Under the pieces are notes generated by a model. The model was not told where the DNA came from. It was given only the letters and a program-made list of their open reading frames with translations, and did no database searches. A stretch of DNA of 64,000 bases from an uncultured Gemmatimonadales bacterium (GTDB lineage: Bacteria; Gemmatimonadota; Gemmatimonadetes; Gemmatimonadales; Gemmatimonadaceae), in contig CAWKNZ010000001.1 of NCBI GenBank assembly GCA_963851265.1, positions 128,001 through 192,000 of the forward strand. Reading direction: 5' to 3'. Made by a program: the position numbers and the translations under genes. This document shows, in pieces, positions 1 through 10,010 of the stretch; position 1 is the first letter of the stretch, and every line of letters begins with the position of its first letter.

Positions 1-785
1 GAGTCGGCCGCGCTCACCCCGAGGACGATCACGTGCACGCTCCCGAGCCGCGCCTCCAGTGCGGGGAGCAGCGTGAGGCCGTCCCCGGCGCGGCGCGGGT
101 TGCCGGCGGTGACCGCGCCCCCCGCGATCGCCCGGTGGTCCGAGACGAAGGCGAGGTCGTACCCGGCCGCCGTGTGCCACGCGCGCCGCCACGCGGGGGT
201 GATCCACGCCGGCACGTCGTGCGAGGCCGCGGTGTGGCTGTGGAAATCGACGCGCACGAGGTCGGGGTCGGCGACGGCCAGCCCGGCCATCGGACGCGGG
301 CCGAGGATCGCGGCGGCGTAGGCGGACAGCAGGAAGGCGAGCGTGAGCCCGCCGGCGACGCACTCCGCGGCGAACGCGCGCGGAAACGAGCGGCGCTCGC
401 GGATCCGCACGCCGCTTACCCAGACGCGGCGCCGCATCGCGGCCACGCGAAGCGCGAGGACTGCCGCCGCGACGGTGGCGAGCACCGCGACGTGTTGGGC
501 CGTCGACAGCAGGCAGAGCGCGTCGGCGGCGCGCGCGAGCGGCGAGAGGGCCACGTACGCGGCGGGCAGGCGCAGCGTGGCCTGCACCGGGGGCGCGCCG
601 GCGACGCCGGGAAGGATCGAGACGCCCGCCGCGGGCGCGAGCGCGCCGGCCCCGACGAGCGCGACCACGGCGAGCGCGAGCCGGTGGCGGCCGAGCATGC
701 CGGGGCGCACGCGCGCCGCGCCGGCCGGCGCGGGCGTGGTCGCGGGTGAGGGGTCGGCCAGATCGGGGGCGAGAGCGGCGGACAC
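1..785 (-). CDS. Membrane-anchored PHP-domain (polymerase/histidinol phosphatase-like) protein, runs off left edge
   Basis: Not in the ORF track; read by hand on the minus strand. Hydrophobic N-terminal helices, then VDFHSHTAASHD and GYDLAFVSDH (PHP HxH and DH motifs). Start GTG 785 or ATG 698. Confidence 0.75.
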   Translation of the reverse strand, partial: MSAALAPDLADPSPATTPAPAGAARVRPGMLGRHRLALAVVALVGAGALAPAAGVSILPGVAGAPPVQATLRLPAAYVALSPLARAADALCLLSTAQHVAVLATVAAAVLALRVAAMRRRVWVSGVRIRERRSFPRAFAAECVAGGLTLAFLLSAYAAAILGPRPMAGLAVADPDLVRVDFHSHTAASHDVPAWITPAWRRAWHTAAGYDLAFVSDHRAIAGGAVTAGNPRRAGDGLTLLPALEARLGSVHVIVLGVSAAD

Positions 786-873
786 GGCGTGGCGGCGGGC
801 GGGCGTGGAGACGTCCGGGGCGAAGTTCGCGCGGTCCGTCGGGGGCGCGACGCGGGCGAAGTATTCTTAGCCG

Positions 874-1992
874 ATGTCCACGCCGCCGGCGCCCGCGCCG
901 CCCACCCTCGACCGCGTCTGCGTCGTCCTCCTCACCGGGCTCGGCGACGTCGTGCACGGCCTGCCGGTCGTCACGGCGCTGCGGCGTGCCGGCGTCACGC
1001 GGCACGTGACCTGGGTGGCCGAACCGATGCCCGCGCAGCTGCTCGTCGGGCACCCGGCGGTCGACCACGTCGTCCCGTTCCGGCGTCGCGAGGGGTGGCG
1101 CGGCGTGGTCGCGCTCCGCCGCGCGCTCGGCGCCGCGGCGCGCGCGGCCGGCGGCTTCGACGCCGCGCTCAACTTCAACGTGTATTTCAAGAGCGCGTGG
1201 CCGATGCTCTTCGCCGGCGCGCCCCTGCGCCTCGGCTTCGGGCCCGAGCGCGCCAGGGACGGCGTGTGGCTCGCCGCCAACCGGCGCGTGCCGCCCGGCC
1301 CGCGCCGGCACACGCAGGACATGTTCCTCGAGTTCCTCGACGCGTTAGGCGTGCCCTACGCGCCGCCGTCCGCGCCGGCCGACTGGGGGCTGGACGTGCT
1401 CACCCCCGCGGAGCGCGCCGCGCAGGCGGCGTGGCGCGCGGCGCGCACGGGGCGCCCGCGCGCGGCCATCGTCCCCGCCTCCGCGGTGGGCGCCAAGGAC
1501 TGGCCGCCCGAGCGCTGGGCGGCGGTCGCCGACGTGCTCGCCGCCCGGTACGGGTTCGAGGTCGTGCTCGTCGGCGGCCCGGGGGCGCACGAGACCGCCG
1601 CGGCGCGCGAGGTCGCCGCGCGGGCCGCGCACCCGCCCACGTGGGCGATGGGCGACGGCGTGCGGCGCGTGGCGTGGACCTTGGGGGCGTGCGACCTCGT
1701 GCTTGCCCCCGACACGGGGCCGCTGCACCTCGCGCGCGCGCTGGGCGTGCCCGTGGTGGGGCTGTACGGCCACACCAATCCGTGGCGCGTGGGGCCGTAC
1801 CGCGCCTACGAGGACCTCTGGGTGGACGCGTACACGCCCCCCGGTGCCGCCCCCGACGCGAGCGCGTTCGACCCGCCGCAGGACGACCGCATGAAAGCGA
1901 TCGCGGTCGAGCAGGTGCTCGAGCGCGTGGAGCGGGCCGTGGCACGCTATGGCGTGCTCGGGCGCGCCGCCCGACCGACGGCGCACGCGTAA
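874..1992 (+). CDS. Glycosyltransferase family 9 (ADP-heptose:LPS heptosyltransferase-like)
   Basis: LTGLGDVVHGLP, KDWPPERW, DTGPLHLARALGVPVVGLYG motifs. Confidence 0.9.
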   Translation: MSTPPAPAPPTLDRVCVVLLTGLGDVVHGLPVVTALRRAGVTRHVTWVAEPMPAQLLVGHPAVDHVVPFRRREGWRGVVALRRALGAAARAAGGFDAALNFNVYFKSAWPMLFAGAPLRLGFGPERARDGVWLAANRRVPPGPRRHTQDMFLEFLDALGVPYAPPSAPADWGLDVLTPAERAAQAAWRAARTGRPRAAIVPASAVGAKDWPPERWAAVADVLAARYGFEVVLVGGPGAHETAAAREVAARAAHPPTWAMGDGVRRVAWTLGACDLVLAPDTGPLHLARALGVPVVGLYGHTNPWRVGPYRAYEDLWVDAYTPPGAAPDASAFDPPQDDRMKAIAVEQVLERVERAVARYGVLGRAARPTAHA

Positions 1993-2059
1993 GGCGCGCC
2001 GCTCTCAGGGCGCGGCACGCGGATTGACTCAGTGTACGGGCTTCTCTCAGCCCCACCGC

Positions 2060-3265
2060 ATGCTCTCCGCACTCATTTTCGACCTCGACGGCACGCTCGT
2101 CGACACCAACGAGGCGCACACCGAAAGCTGGATCCGCGGCCTCGCCGAGCACGGCTACAAGGTGGCCCACGACCGCATCCGCCCCGAGATGGGCAAGGGT
2201 GGCGACAACCTCTTTCCCGACCTGTTCGGGCAGGAGGCCGAGGAGAAGCACGGCGAGCAGGTGCGCACGTCGGTCGGGAAGCAGTACGCCAAGGTCGTCG
2301 CGGAACGCGGCGTCACGCTCTTCGACGGCGCGGTCGAGCTACTCGCCGAAGTCAGGCGCCGCGGCATCCGTACGGCGCTCGCCACCTCCAGCGGCGAGGA
2401 CGACCTCAAGACCACCTTCGGCGCGCTCGGCGTCGACCTGCGCGAGCACGTCGACGAGGTCGTGATGAAGGACGACGTCGCGGCGAGCAAACCTTATCCC
2501 GACGTCGTGCTCGCCGCGCTCAAGAAGTTGAAGCTGTCGCCCGCGGAGTGTGCGATGGTGGGCGACACGCCGCACGACGCGGAAGCGGCGAAGCGGGCGG
2601 GGGTGGTCACGATCGGCTTCCTCGCCGGCCACATGAACGACGTGCGCACGCTGATGGGCGCCGGTGCACGCCGCGTGTACGAAGGCCCGGCCGACCTGCT
2701 CGCGCACCTCGACGAGGCGCTCGCGGTCGCGAGCCCGACCGCCGTCCGCCTCACCGACGAGCGCATGCAGGCGATGATGCGCGAGGCGCTGGCCGCGGCC
2801 GAGGACGGGATGGCGGCCGGCGAGGCGCCGATCGGGTGCGCGATCTTCGACGGCCATGGCCGGGTGGTGGCGCGCGGCTACAACGAGATGAACGCGACGC
2901 AGAACAAGACCGCGCACGCCGAGATCGTGACCTTCGCGAAGGCGGCCGGTAAGCTGCCGCTCGACGCGCACGACTTCGTCCTCGTCTCGACGCTCGAGCC
3001 GTGCGTGATGTGCACCGGTGCGGCGATGGAAGCCGCGGTCGACACGATCATCTACGCGCTGCAGGCGCCGGCCGACGCGGGGTCGGGGCGGGTGCGCCCG
3101 CCGGAGAGCCCCGAGAGCCAGATGCCACGCATCGTCGGCCGCGTGCTCGCGGACGAGAGCCGGGCGCTGTTCGAGCGCTGGCTCACCCGGCACCGGGGCG
3201 AGCCGCAGGCCTCGTACATCGAACAGCTACTCGCCCTCGTGGACGACGGGCACGCGGCGGCATGA
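2060..3265 (+). CDS. HAD phosphatase fused to a TadA/CDA-type zinc nucleoside deaminase
   Basis: N-terminal IFDLDGTLVD, KPYPD, MVGDTPHD; C-terminal HAEI...LEPCVMC. Confidence 0.88.
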   Translation: MLSALIFDLDGTLVDTNEAHTESWIRGLAEHGYKVAHDRIRPEMGKGGDNLFPDLFGQEAEEKHGEQVRTSVGKQYAKVVAERGVTLFDGAVELLAEVRRRGIRTALATSSGEDDLKTTFGALGVDLREHVDEVVMKDDVAASKPYPDVVLAALKKLKLSPAECAMVGDTPHDAEAAKRAGVVTIGFLAGHMNDVRTLMGAGARRVYEGPADLLAHLDEALAVASPTAVRLTDERMQAMMREALAAAEDGMAAGEAPIGCAIFDGHGRVVARGYNEMNATQNKTAHAEIVTFAKAAGKLPLDAHDFVLVSTLEPCVMCTGAAMEAAVDTIIYALQAPADAGSGRVRPPESPESQMPRIVGRVLADESRALFERWLTRHRGEPQASYIEQLLALVDDGHAAA

Positions 3266-3711
3266 GCGCGCCGCGTACTGAACCGCCGAATGCGCCGCCG
3301 GTCACCGGCGTACTCGAGACGGCGCTCTACGTGGCCGACATCGAGCGTGCCGCGGCGTTCTACGAGCGCCTGCTCGGCTCGCGCGTGCTGCTCGACGAGC
3401 CCGGGCGCATGCGCGCCCTCGACGTCGCCGAGCGGCAGGTGTTGCTGCTGTTCGCGATCGGCGCGTCGGAACGCTCGAACCCCGTGCCAGGTGGGGTCGT
3501 CCCGCCACACGACGCGCGCGGGCACATCCACGTGTGCTTCGCGATCCCTTCCACCGCCCTCGACGCGTGGGAGGCGCACCTCGCCGCGTCGGACATCGAG
3601 GTGATCAGCCGCGTGCACGCCGAGCGTGGTGGGACCTCGCTCTACTTCCGCGACCCCGACGGGCACCTCGTCGAGCTGGCCACGCCGGGGTTGTGGCAGG
3701 GGGTGTACTGA
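3262..3711 (+). CDS. VOC/glyoxalase family protein
   Basis: LETALYVADIERAAAFY, HVCF, SLYFRDPDGHLVEL; ATGA overlap with upstream stop. Confidence 0.9.
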   Translation: MSAPRTEPPNAPPVTGVLETALYVADIERAAAFYERLLGSRVLLDEPGRMRALDVAERQVLLLFAIGASERSNPVPGGVVPPHDARGHIHVCFAIPSTALDAWEAHLAASDIEVISRVHAERGGTSLYFRDPDGHLVELATPGLWQGVY

Positions 3712-3740
3712 GGCCGGCGCGAATCCGTCCGGCGCCTACA

Positions 3741-3762
3741 GCCCCCCGCGATTGCGGGGGGC
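3741..3762. terminator. GC hairpin between convergent genes (probable bidirectional terminator)
   Basis: gccccccgc-gatt-gcggggggc perfect 9-bp stem. Confidence 0.6.
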
Positions 3763-3775
3763 CACGCCGAGCACG

Positions 3776-3928
3776 TCAGACGACGGGCGAGCGCCCGCGA
3801 ACGAAGTGCAGGATCAGGGCGATCACCGCGATGACCAGAAGCAGGTGGATCACTGCGGCAGTCACGTGGAACGCGAGGAAGCCGAGCGCCCAGAGGACGA
3901 AGAGCACGATTGCGACGGTGAGCAGCAT
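3776..3928 (-). CDS. 50-aa small membrane protein, lmo0937/DUF5670-like
   Basis: MLLTVAIVLFVLWALGFLAFHVTAAVIHLLLVIAVIALILHFVRGRSPVV; GGAGA RBS upstream; below ORF-track cutoff. Confidence 0.85.
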   Translation of the reverse strand: MLLTVAIVLFVLWALGFLAFHVTAAVIHLLLVIAVIALILHFVRGRSPVV

Positions 3929-4260
3929 TGGGGGTCTCCGGAGTGGGAAAGGCATCGCGGCGCGGGTGCATCCCGACCGTGCACGTCACTTACGCATAGC
4001 CCGGGCCTGTCCGTACTTGGGGCCGCCATTGTGGCACTCGTGCCACAGTCCAGGCCTGCCGCGGCCGACCATCCGCCCTCTCCGCCCGACGTCGTTGGTC
4101 GCGTGCAGCAGTGCGTCCCGACGCGACGGCGTGGACGCCACGTTCGGCGTCACCGCGCGTTCGTACAGGATGGACGCGTGTCGCACCCGAATTGCCGAAC
4201 GGTACCGGGCTCGGGCTCGCCGTCCGCTGCCACGTCGCGCAGCGGATCGGCGGCGACGTG

Positions 4261-4302
4261 CATGTAGCAACCGACATGTAGCAACCGACACGTAGCAAGC
4301 GA
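4261..4302. repeat. Three tandem 14-bp direct repeats
   Basis: catgtagcaaccga / catgtagcaaccga / cacgtagcaagcga. Confidence 0.9.
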
Positions 4303-4733
4303 GCTCGGCGTTGGATCGGCCTTTGCAACCGCGCCGGCGCCGGCAGCCCCGGACAGCGCCGGTGCCACTTCGCACAACGCGTCACGGATCGAACGGGGGA
4401 GGCTCATGCTCGGACACGTTCGCGATGTCGTTCACACGACCGCTCGGCTCCGCGAAAGCGTGCTCGTCCCCGACGTGGCATCCGTCACCCAGACCGACCT
4501 CGAGGACCATCTCGGAACGTTCCTCACCGATTTCGCCCAGCAGTGCACGAGCCCGACGGGCAATTGGCCGGTATGCCGGTCTGGTCGCGTTGGACGACGG
4601 CAGTTGAGTGATCGATGCGAGAACCGCTCGATCAGTTCGACCGCCGTGCCACGTTCGGAGTAGCGCCAATGTTGCATTCCCATAGTTTCCGAGAGCACGA
4701 CTTCTCTTGGCTGCACCGGTAGGATCACTCGTC

Positions 4734-5507
4734 ATGGGCCCAACTCCACACACCGTCACTCCTCCGACCGACGCGCCCGCGGTGGCGCCACCGGGCGCGC
4801 TTGCGGACACCAACGGCGTGGCGGGCCGCGTCGTTTTCATCGAAGACGACCAGCTGGTGTCTCGCCTGTTCCAGCGCGTCCTGCAGGAGGCGCACTTCGA
4901 GGTGGTGACCGCCGCGAGCGTGGCCGAGGGGCGCCGCGCGCTGCTCGGCGCGCACGACGCGGTACTGCTGGACCTCGAGCTGCCCGACGCGAGCGGGCTC
5001 ACCCTGCTCGAGGAGCTCCGCGCGCGCGGCGACCGCGCCCCGGTCGTGATCCTGACCGGCCGCGGAGGAGACGACGAGATCGTGCGCGGTCTGGACGCGG
5101 GGGCGGACGACTTCGTCGAGAAGCCCGTTGGCGGGGCGGTGCTGCTCGCGCGACTTCGCGCCGTCATCCGCCGTGGCGCCCACCAGGCGTCGGGCCGTCG
5201 CGAGGCTGGCTCGCTCGCCCTCGGTCCGCTCTCCCTGGACCGGTTGGCCCGCCGGGCGATGGTGGACGGGCACACGCTCGACCTCACGCCCAAAGAGTTC
5301 ACGTTGCTCGAGTATCTCCTGCTCTGCGCAGAGGAGACGGTGACGCGTGCCGAACTCCTCGATCACGTGTGGGAACTCCAGGGCGAGCCGGAATCCAACG
5401 TCGTGGATGCCCATATGGCGCGGCTTCGCGCCAAGCTGCGGGCCGTCTCGCCCCGCCCCGACATCCGCACCGTTCGCGGCAAGGGGTTCGTGCTCACCGC
5501 GACCTGA
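4734..5507 (+). CDS. OmpR-family response regulator
   Basis: Receiver (IEDD, LLDLELPD, ILTG, EKP) plus winged helix (LTPKEF, NVVDAHMARLRAKL, TVRGKGF). Confidence 0.95.
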   Translation: MGPTPHTVTPPTDAPAVAPPGALADTNGVAGRVVFIEDDQLVSRLFQRVLQEAHFEVVTAASVAEGRRALLGAHDAVLLDLELPDASGLTLLEELRARGDRAPVVILTGRGGDDEIVRGLDAGADDFVEKPVGGAVLLARLRAVIRRGAHQASGRREAGSLALGPLSLDRLARRAMVDGHTLDLTPKEFTLLEYLLLCAEETVTRAELLDHVWELQGEPESNVVDAHMARLRAKLRAVSPRPDIRTVRGKGFVLTAT

Positions 5508-5603
5508 GCGGCGCGGCAGCCGCCCCGGCGGCGCCGCACGGCAGGGCCGCCCGGCAGGAACGCACGGCAGGAACGCCCAGGATCGTGGGCGGTACAGGAG
5601 CGA

Positions 5604-7520
5604 GTGCGTCACCTCCTCCCGACGGTCCGCCTCACCGCGCTCGCGCTCGCGACGTTCGGCGCTGGGGCGCGCGCGTCCGCTCAGGGCGGGGCCGCGGGGC
5701 GCGACCGGTCGACTCCGCCGCGGGGCATTGAACCCGCCGCGGTACGTGATGCCCGAGCCGCACAGCGTGACTTCGAATTCACGCGACGAGGCCGCCTGCC
5801 CGTCGACGATTCGCGGCCCGAGCAATCGCGTCCGTACTATGGAAACGGTTGTCCCGTGCGCATCGGACGGCTCTGCTGGTGGGACAACGACGACGACGGC
5901 ACGCCCCCGCCCGAGCCGGCGAGCATCCGTGATGCGCGTACCCGCCTCCTTGAGCGGCTCGACCGCGCCGCGGCCGCGGACTCCTCCGACGCGTGGGTGG
6001 CCGGGCAGCGCGTGCGGTATGCGGTCGAGGCACGTCGCCCGGCCGACGCGGTCGCGGCCGCCGTCGCGTGCCGCGCGTCGGCCGTCTGGTGCCTGGGGCT
6101 GCGCGGCGTGGCCTACCATCTCTCGAACCACCCGGTCGAGGCGGCAGCCGCGTTCGATTCGGCCGACGCGCTACGGACGCCGGCGGAACGATGCGCCTGG
6201 AACGACGTCGCGCCGTGGCTGGACGGGGGCGCGACGCGCGCGTACCACCGGCTGCCGTGCGGGAGCGCCGACCGGGACCGCTGGGAGTCGCGCTTCTGGC
6301 GATTGGCCCAGCCGTTGTGGCTGCTGCCGGTGAACGATCTGCGTAGCGAATGGCACGCGCGCCGCATCATGTCGCGCGTGCACGGTGACGGCGCGAACCC
6401 GTACGGTATGAGCTGGGGCGACGACCTCGACGAGTGCGAGCTGCGGTACGGCTGGCCGACGTCGTGGAGCGTACGAACTTCGCCGGCGGCGATGTCGACG
6501 TACGCGTTCGCGCCCGACGCCGGCCGCAGCGTGACGGGGTGGGAGCCGGCGCCGAGCTACGATTGGGTGCCGCGGCGCAACGCGCTCGCGGCGGACCGGC
6601 GCGGGGTGGCCGACGTGCCCGAGGGCGCATGGACCCTGCGCCCCTCGCCGTTCGACGAACCGACGCCCATGCGCTACGCCCCGGCGTACGCGGGCGGCGG
6701 CGTGGGCACGCCGACGCACCAGATCGCCCGCTTCCGGCACGGTGACACCGCGGTGGTGGTCGGCGCCTACGACACCAGCCGCGACAGTCTCTGGAGCGAG
6801 GGGCGCACGCCCCCGACGCTCTCGGCCGGACTTTTCGTCGTCGACGACTCCGGCACGGTGGTCGCGGCCGCGCGGAACGATTCGGCGGCGCGCGCCGGCA
6901 CGTTCGTCGCGCGGCTCTACAACCCGTCCGGAAGCGTTCGGACTGCGCAGTCCGATCCGCACTATCTGCTCGGACTCGAGATCCTGCAGCGGGACACCGT
7001 CCACACCGCCGACGGCCGCCGCGTTCTGGGCCGCGCGCTTCGCGATCGCGCGCCGCTCCGCCCGCTCGCTGCCGACGCGCGGCTCTCGGACCTGCTGCTG
7101 CTTCGCCGCTCGCCCGGCCCTACGCCGTCGCTCGACGATGCGCTCGACAGCGCGGCCGGGTCGCTCAGCTTCCGGCGAGGGGGCACGGTCGGGCTATACT
7201 GGGAACAGTATAGAATCACCCGAGCGCCAGTACAGGAAGGTGGCGCGTCTGCGGCGCCCGACACCATCGTCCTCACGGCGACCCGCCTGACGCGCAGCCT
7301 CCGTGAACGGCTCGCCAGCGCGGTGGGGCTGGGCAGCGTCGACCGGCCGATCGGACTGCGCTATCCCGACCTCGCCGGGGCCGGAGCCGGGCGCGCGATC
7401 GGCGTCACGTGGCCCGACGTCGCCGCCGGCGACTACCGCGTCGAGGTCACCCTCGTCCCCGGCGCCCCCGGGCGCCAGCCCGCGACGACCGCGCTCATCG
7501 TTCACATCACCGAGGACTGA
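5604..7520 (+). CDS. Exported hypothetical protein
   Basis: Signal peptide ending ARASA-Q; Trp/Cys-rich helical N-half with ELRYGWP; beta-rich C-half. Confidence 0.7.
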   Translation: MRHLLPTVRLTALALATFGAGARASAQGGAAGRDRSTPPRGIEPAAVRDARAAQRDFEFTRRGRLPVDDSRPEQSRPYYGNGCPVRIGRLCWWDNDDDGTPPPEPASIRDARTRLLERLDRAAAADSSDAWVAGQRVRYAVEARRPADAVAAAVACRASAVWCLGLRGVAYHLSNHPVEAAAAFDSADALRTPAERCAWNDVAPWLDGGATRAYHRLPCGSADRDRWESRFWRLAQPLWLLPVNDLRSEWHARRIMSRVHGDGANPYGMSWGDDLDECELRYGWPTSWSVRTSPAAMSTYAFAPDAGRSVTGWEPAPSYDWVPRRNALAADRRGVADVPEGAWTLRPSPFDEPTPMRYAPAYAGGGVGTPTHQIARFRHGDTAVVVGAYDTSRDSLWSEGRTPPTLSAGLFVVDDSGTVVAAARNDSAARAGTFVARLYNPSGSVRTAQSDPHYLLGLEILQRDTVHTADGRRVLGRALRDRAPLRPLAADARLSDLLLLRRSPGPTPSLDDALDSAAGSLSFRRGGTVGLYWEQYRITRAPVQEGGASAAPDTIVLTATRLTRSLRERLASAVGLGSVDRPIGLRYPDLAGAGAGRAIGVTWPDVAAGDYRVEVTLVPGAPGRQPATTALIVHITED

Positions 7521-7590
7521 CCGTGCCCCATCACCCCCCGCGCGACCGCGTCGCGCCGCCGCGAACCGTTCCCGCGTCCGGAACGCCGTC

Positions 7591-8511
7591 ATGAGCGAGA
7601 TCGACCACGACGACGCCGAACTCGTGCGGTATCGCGTCTGGGACCCCGCCGCGTACCGCCGTTTCGTGACCGAGTTCGACGACGACGTCGCGACGGCGCG
7701 CGAGGAGGGCGAGTCCCTGGGTGACCAGGACCGTGAGCTGGGCTGGACCCCGGCCGCGAGCCCGATGACGCTCTGGGCGCTGCTCGCCGACGTGTCCGGC
7801 GGGAGCGCACGATCACGCGCGGCCCTCGTCGCCTGCGTCACGCACGTCACTGGTGGACCGAACACCCTCCGTCCGCTCACCTTGGTCCCGGACCCTGAGG
7901 CCGCGCTCGTCCGCGCACTCGGTGGCACCGAGCCCAAGGACCGGGCGGCGTGGCCCCAATACCTCGCGTCGCTCGCGGTCGAGATCACGGAAGACGACGC
8001 GCGCCTGCCCAAGGGGCCGCTCGCCCACGTGCGGGAACGCGGGGCCCAGCTCGTCTCCGACACGGAGGACGAGATCCAGGACGCCGTGGCGGCGGCCTAC
8101 GAGGTGGCGGCCGTCGCCGGCGGCTGGGACGACGCCACCGAAGCCGGGGTGCGCCAGACGCAGGTCGTGGCGGGAACCGACGCGCTCGCGCGCGCCGTCG
8201 CCGACGCGCGCGTCGAGCGCGCGATCGCGGTCGCTGGCGCGAAGGCGCTGCCGATTCTGGCCGAGGACGGCGACCCGTCGGCCGTCGTGTCGGACGCGTT
8301 TCCTGCCGGCGTCGCAGTGTGGCGCGAACTCGTGCGCGCCGTCGTGCGCGGCGAGGTCGTCCCGGGTAGCGCGGGGTGGCGGGGCGCCCTGTGGGCGTTG
8401 CAGGTCGCCTTCGTCGCCGGCACGGGCGAGGTGGCCGCCGTGCGAACGGGCAGCCGCGTCGTGCGGCAGGCGGCGGACCGGGCCGGGGTCGGCGCGATCG
8501 TCACCCCCTGA
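7591..8511 (+). CDS. Hypothetical protein
   Basis: GC3-biased frame, acidic composition, fills gap; no recognised motif. Confidence 0.6.
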   Translation: MSEIDHDDAELVRYRVWDPAAYRRFVTEFDDDVATAREEGESLGDQDRELGWTPAASPMTLWALLADVSGGSARSRAALVACVTHVTGGPNTLRPLTLVPDPEAALVRALGGTEPKDRAAWPQYLASLAVEITEDDARLPKGPLAHVRERGAQLVSDTEDEIQDAVAAAYEVAAVAGGWDDATEAGVRQTQVVAGTDALARAVADARVERAIAVAGAKALPILAEDGDPSAVVSDAFPAGVAVWRELVRAVVRGEVVPGSAGWRGALWALQVAFVAGTGEVAAVRTGSRVVRQAADRAGVGAIVTP

Positions 8512-8521
8512 CGCGGCAGCG

Positions 8522-9175
8522 TCAGCCAGCGGGCTGCTGCACGGGCGCCGGGGTCGGCCCGCGCAGCCACACGGTCACCGTATACCCGTCGCGTGCGAGC
8601 AGGCCGCGCAACAGCGTGACCGCGTTCGCGCCGGCCCGGTCGGCGAGCCCGGTCTCCTGGCCGGCACGCAACAGCTGCGCGCGGACGGCTACCTGCAGGC
8701 TGTCGCGGTCGGCAGGGCGGAACGGGTTGAGCAGGCCGGCGTGCTCGTCGTAGGTGCGCACGTTCAGCACCTCGACCCCGAAGATCTGCGGGCGCGGCAG
8801 GGCGACCGTGATCCGCCGCGTCGCGTCGTCCACGTGCACGTCGGCCCCGCCACCGGCGTGCGTCGAGTCGAGGTCGATCCCCGCGCTCACCCGCCCGGTC
8901 ACGACGAGTAGCGCGCGCTTGGTCGAGAAGAACCGCGTGCTCTCGTACGCGACCACGTCCCGCACCGTCGCTTCGGCGGTCACGAGCTTCGCGACGGCGC
9001 GCACCTGCTCGATCACCAGGTCGTGCGACACGTGCGCCCGGGGCGGCTCGGGTATCACCCGGTCGGCCAGCCGCCGGCCCGCGACGAGCGCGAGGGTCAG
9101 CACCACACCCACCGCCCCGACGGCGAGCGCGAGCGCGGTGAGGCGACGCGTCCAGGGGTCGGTGGACCGGATCAC
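8522..9175 (-). CDS. DUF4230-domain protein
   Basis: N-terminal TM, then VAKLVTAE...ALLVVTGRVSAGIDL...ITVALPRPQI; start approximate. Confidence 0.8.
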   Translation of the reverse strand: MIRSTDPWTRRLTALALAVGAVGVVLTLALVAGRRLADRVIPEPPRAHVSHDLVIEQVRAVAKLVTAEATVRDVVAYESTRFFSTKRALLVVTGRVSAGIDLDSTHAGGGADVHVDDATRRITVALPRPQIFGVEVLNVRTYDEHAGLLNPFRPADRDSLQVAVRAQLLRAGQETGLADRAGANAVTLLRGLLARDGYTVTVWLRGPTPAPVQQPAG

Positions 9176-9268
9176 CCCGCAGTATACCCCGACGTGACAC
9201 CACGACGTGCGGCGACCCCGCGGCCGCGCCCGCGACGCGCGGCGTCGACCTTGCTCGATCGGCGCGCC

Positions 9269-9961
9269 ATGCCGACGCACTCCCCGCTCCGCCCTCCCGC
9301 TCCGACCGAATCGGACCCTGGCACGGTCGTCGACGCGGCCGCGCGCGTGGCCGTCGCGAGCGCGGTGTTCTCGGTCGTCCACAGTCTCCTCGCGAGCCAC
9401 CGCGCCAAGCGCACCGCCGAACGCGCACTCGGCGAACGGGTAGCCCGGGGCGGCTACCGCCTCGGGTACAACGCGATCGCCATGGGCATGACGCTCGGCC
9501 TCACGGCGTACGTGCTCCGCCGCCGCGGCCCGCTGGTCTACTCGCTCGACGGTCCCGCGGCAGTCCTCGTCCGCACCGCCCAACTCGGCGCACTCGGGGC
9601 CGCGTTCCGGGCGGGCATCGACGCCGGCTTCGCCGACCTGTCGGGCTTCGGCCCACTCTGGCGATTGGCCACCGGGGGACCGCTCGCGCCGATTCCCGAC
9701 GGTCAGGGCCCGTCGGAGCGCGGACCGGGCGAACCGACCCCCCACGGGCTGTTCACCCGGTCGCGCAACCCGCTGAACTTCTTCGTCATCCCGGTGCTCT
9801 GGCTCGCGCCGCGGGCGAGCGCGGGGCGGATCGGACTCAATCTCGTGTTCACCGCGTACTGCGTCGCGGGGTCATGGCACGCGAACCAGATGCTCCGGGC
9901 GAGACACGGGAAAGGGTGGGAAGGCTACGAGCAGGAGAAACCGCTGATGGTGCCGGCGTAG
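9269..9961 (+). CDS. NnrU/isoprenylcysteine-methyltransferase-like membrane protein
   Basis: FSVVHSLLAS, YRLGYN, GLFTRSRNPL, terminal YEQEKPLMVP. Confidence 0.7.
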   Translation: MPTHSPLRPPAPTESDPGTVVDAAARVAVASAVFSVVHSLLASHRAKRTAERALGERVARGGYRLGYNAIAMGMTLGLTAYVLRRRGPLVYSLDGPAAVLVRTAQLGALGAAFRAGIDAGFADLSGFGPLWRLATGGPLAPIPDGQGPSERGPGEPTPHGLFTRSRNPLNFFVIPVLWLAPRASAGRIGLNLVFTAYCVAGSWHANQMLRARHGKGWEGYEQEKPLMVPA

Positions 9962-10010
9962 TCGCCGCGGTCCCGGTTGGCTGGATCGTCGGCCCGGGCG
10001 GGCGGCGCGA

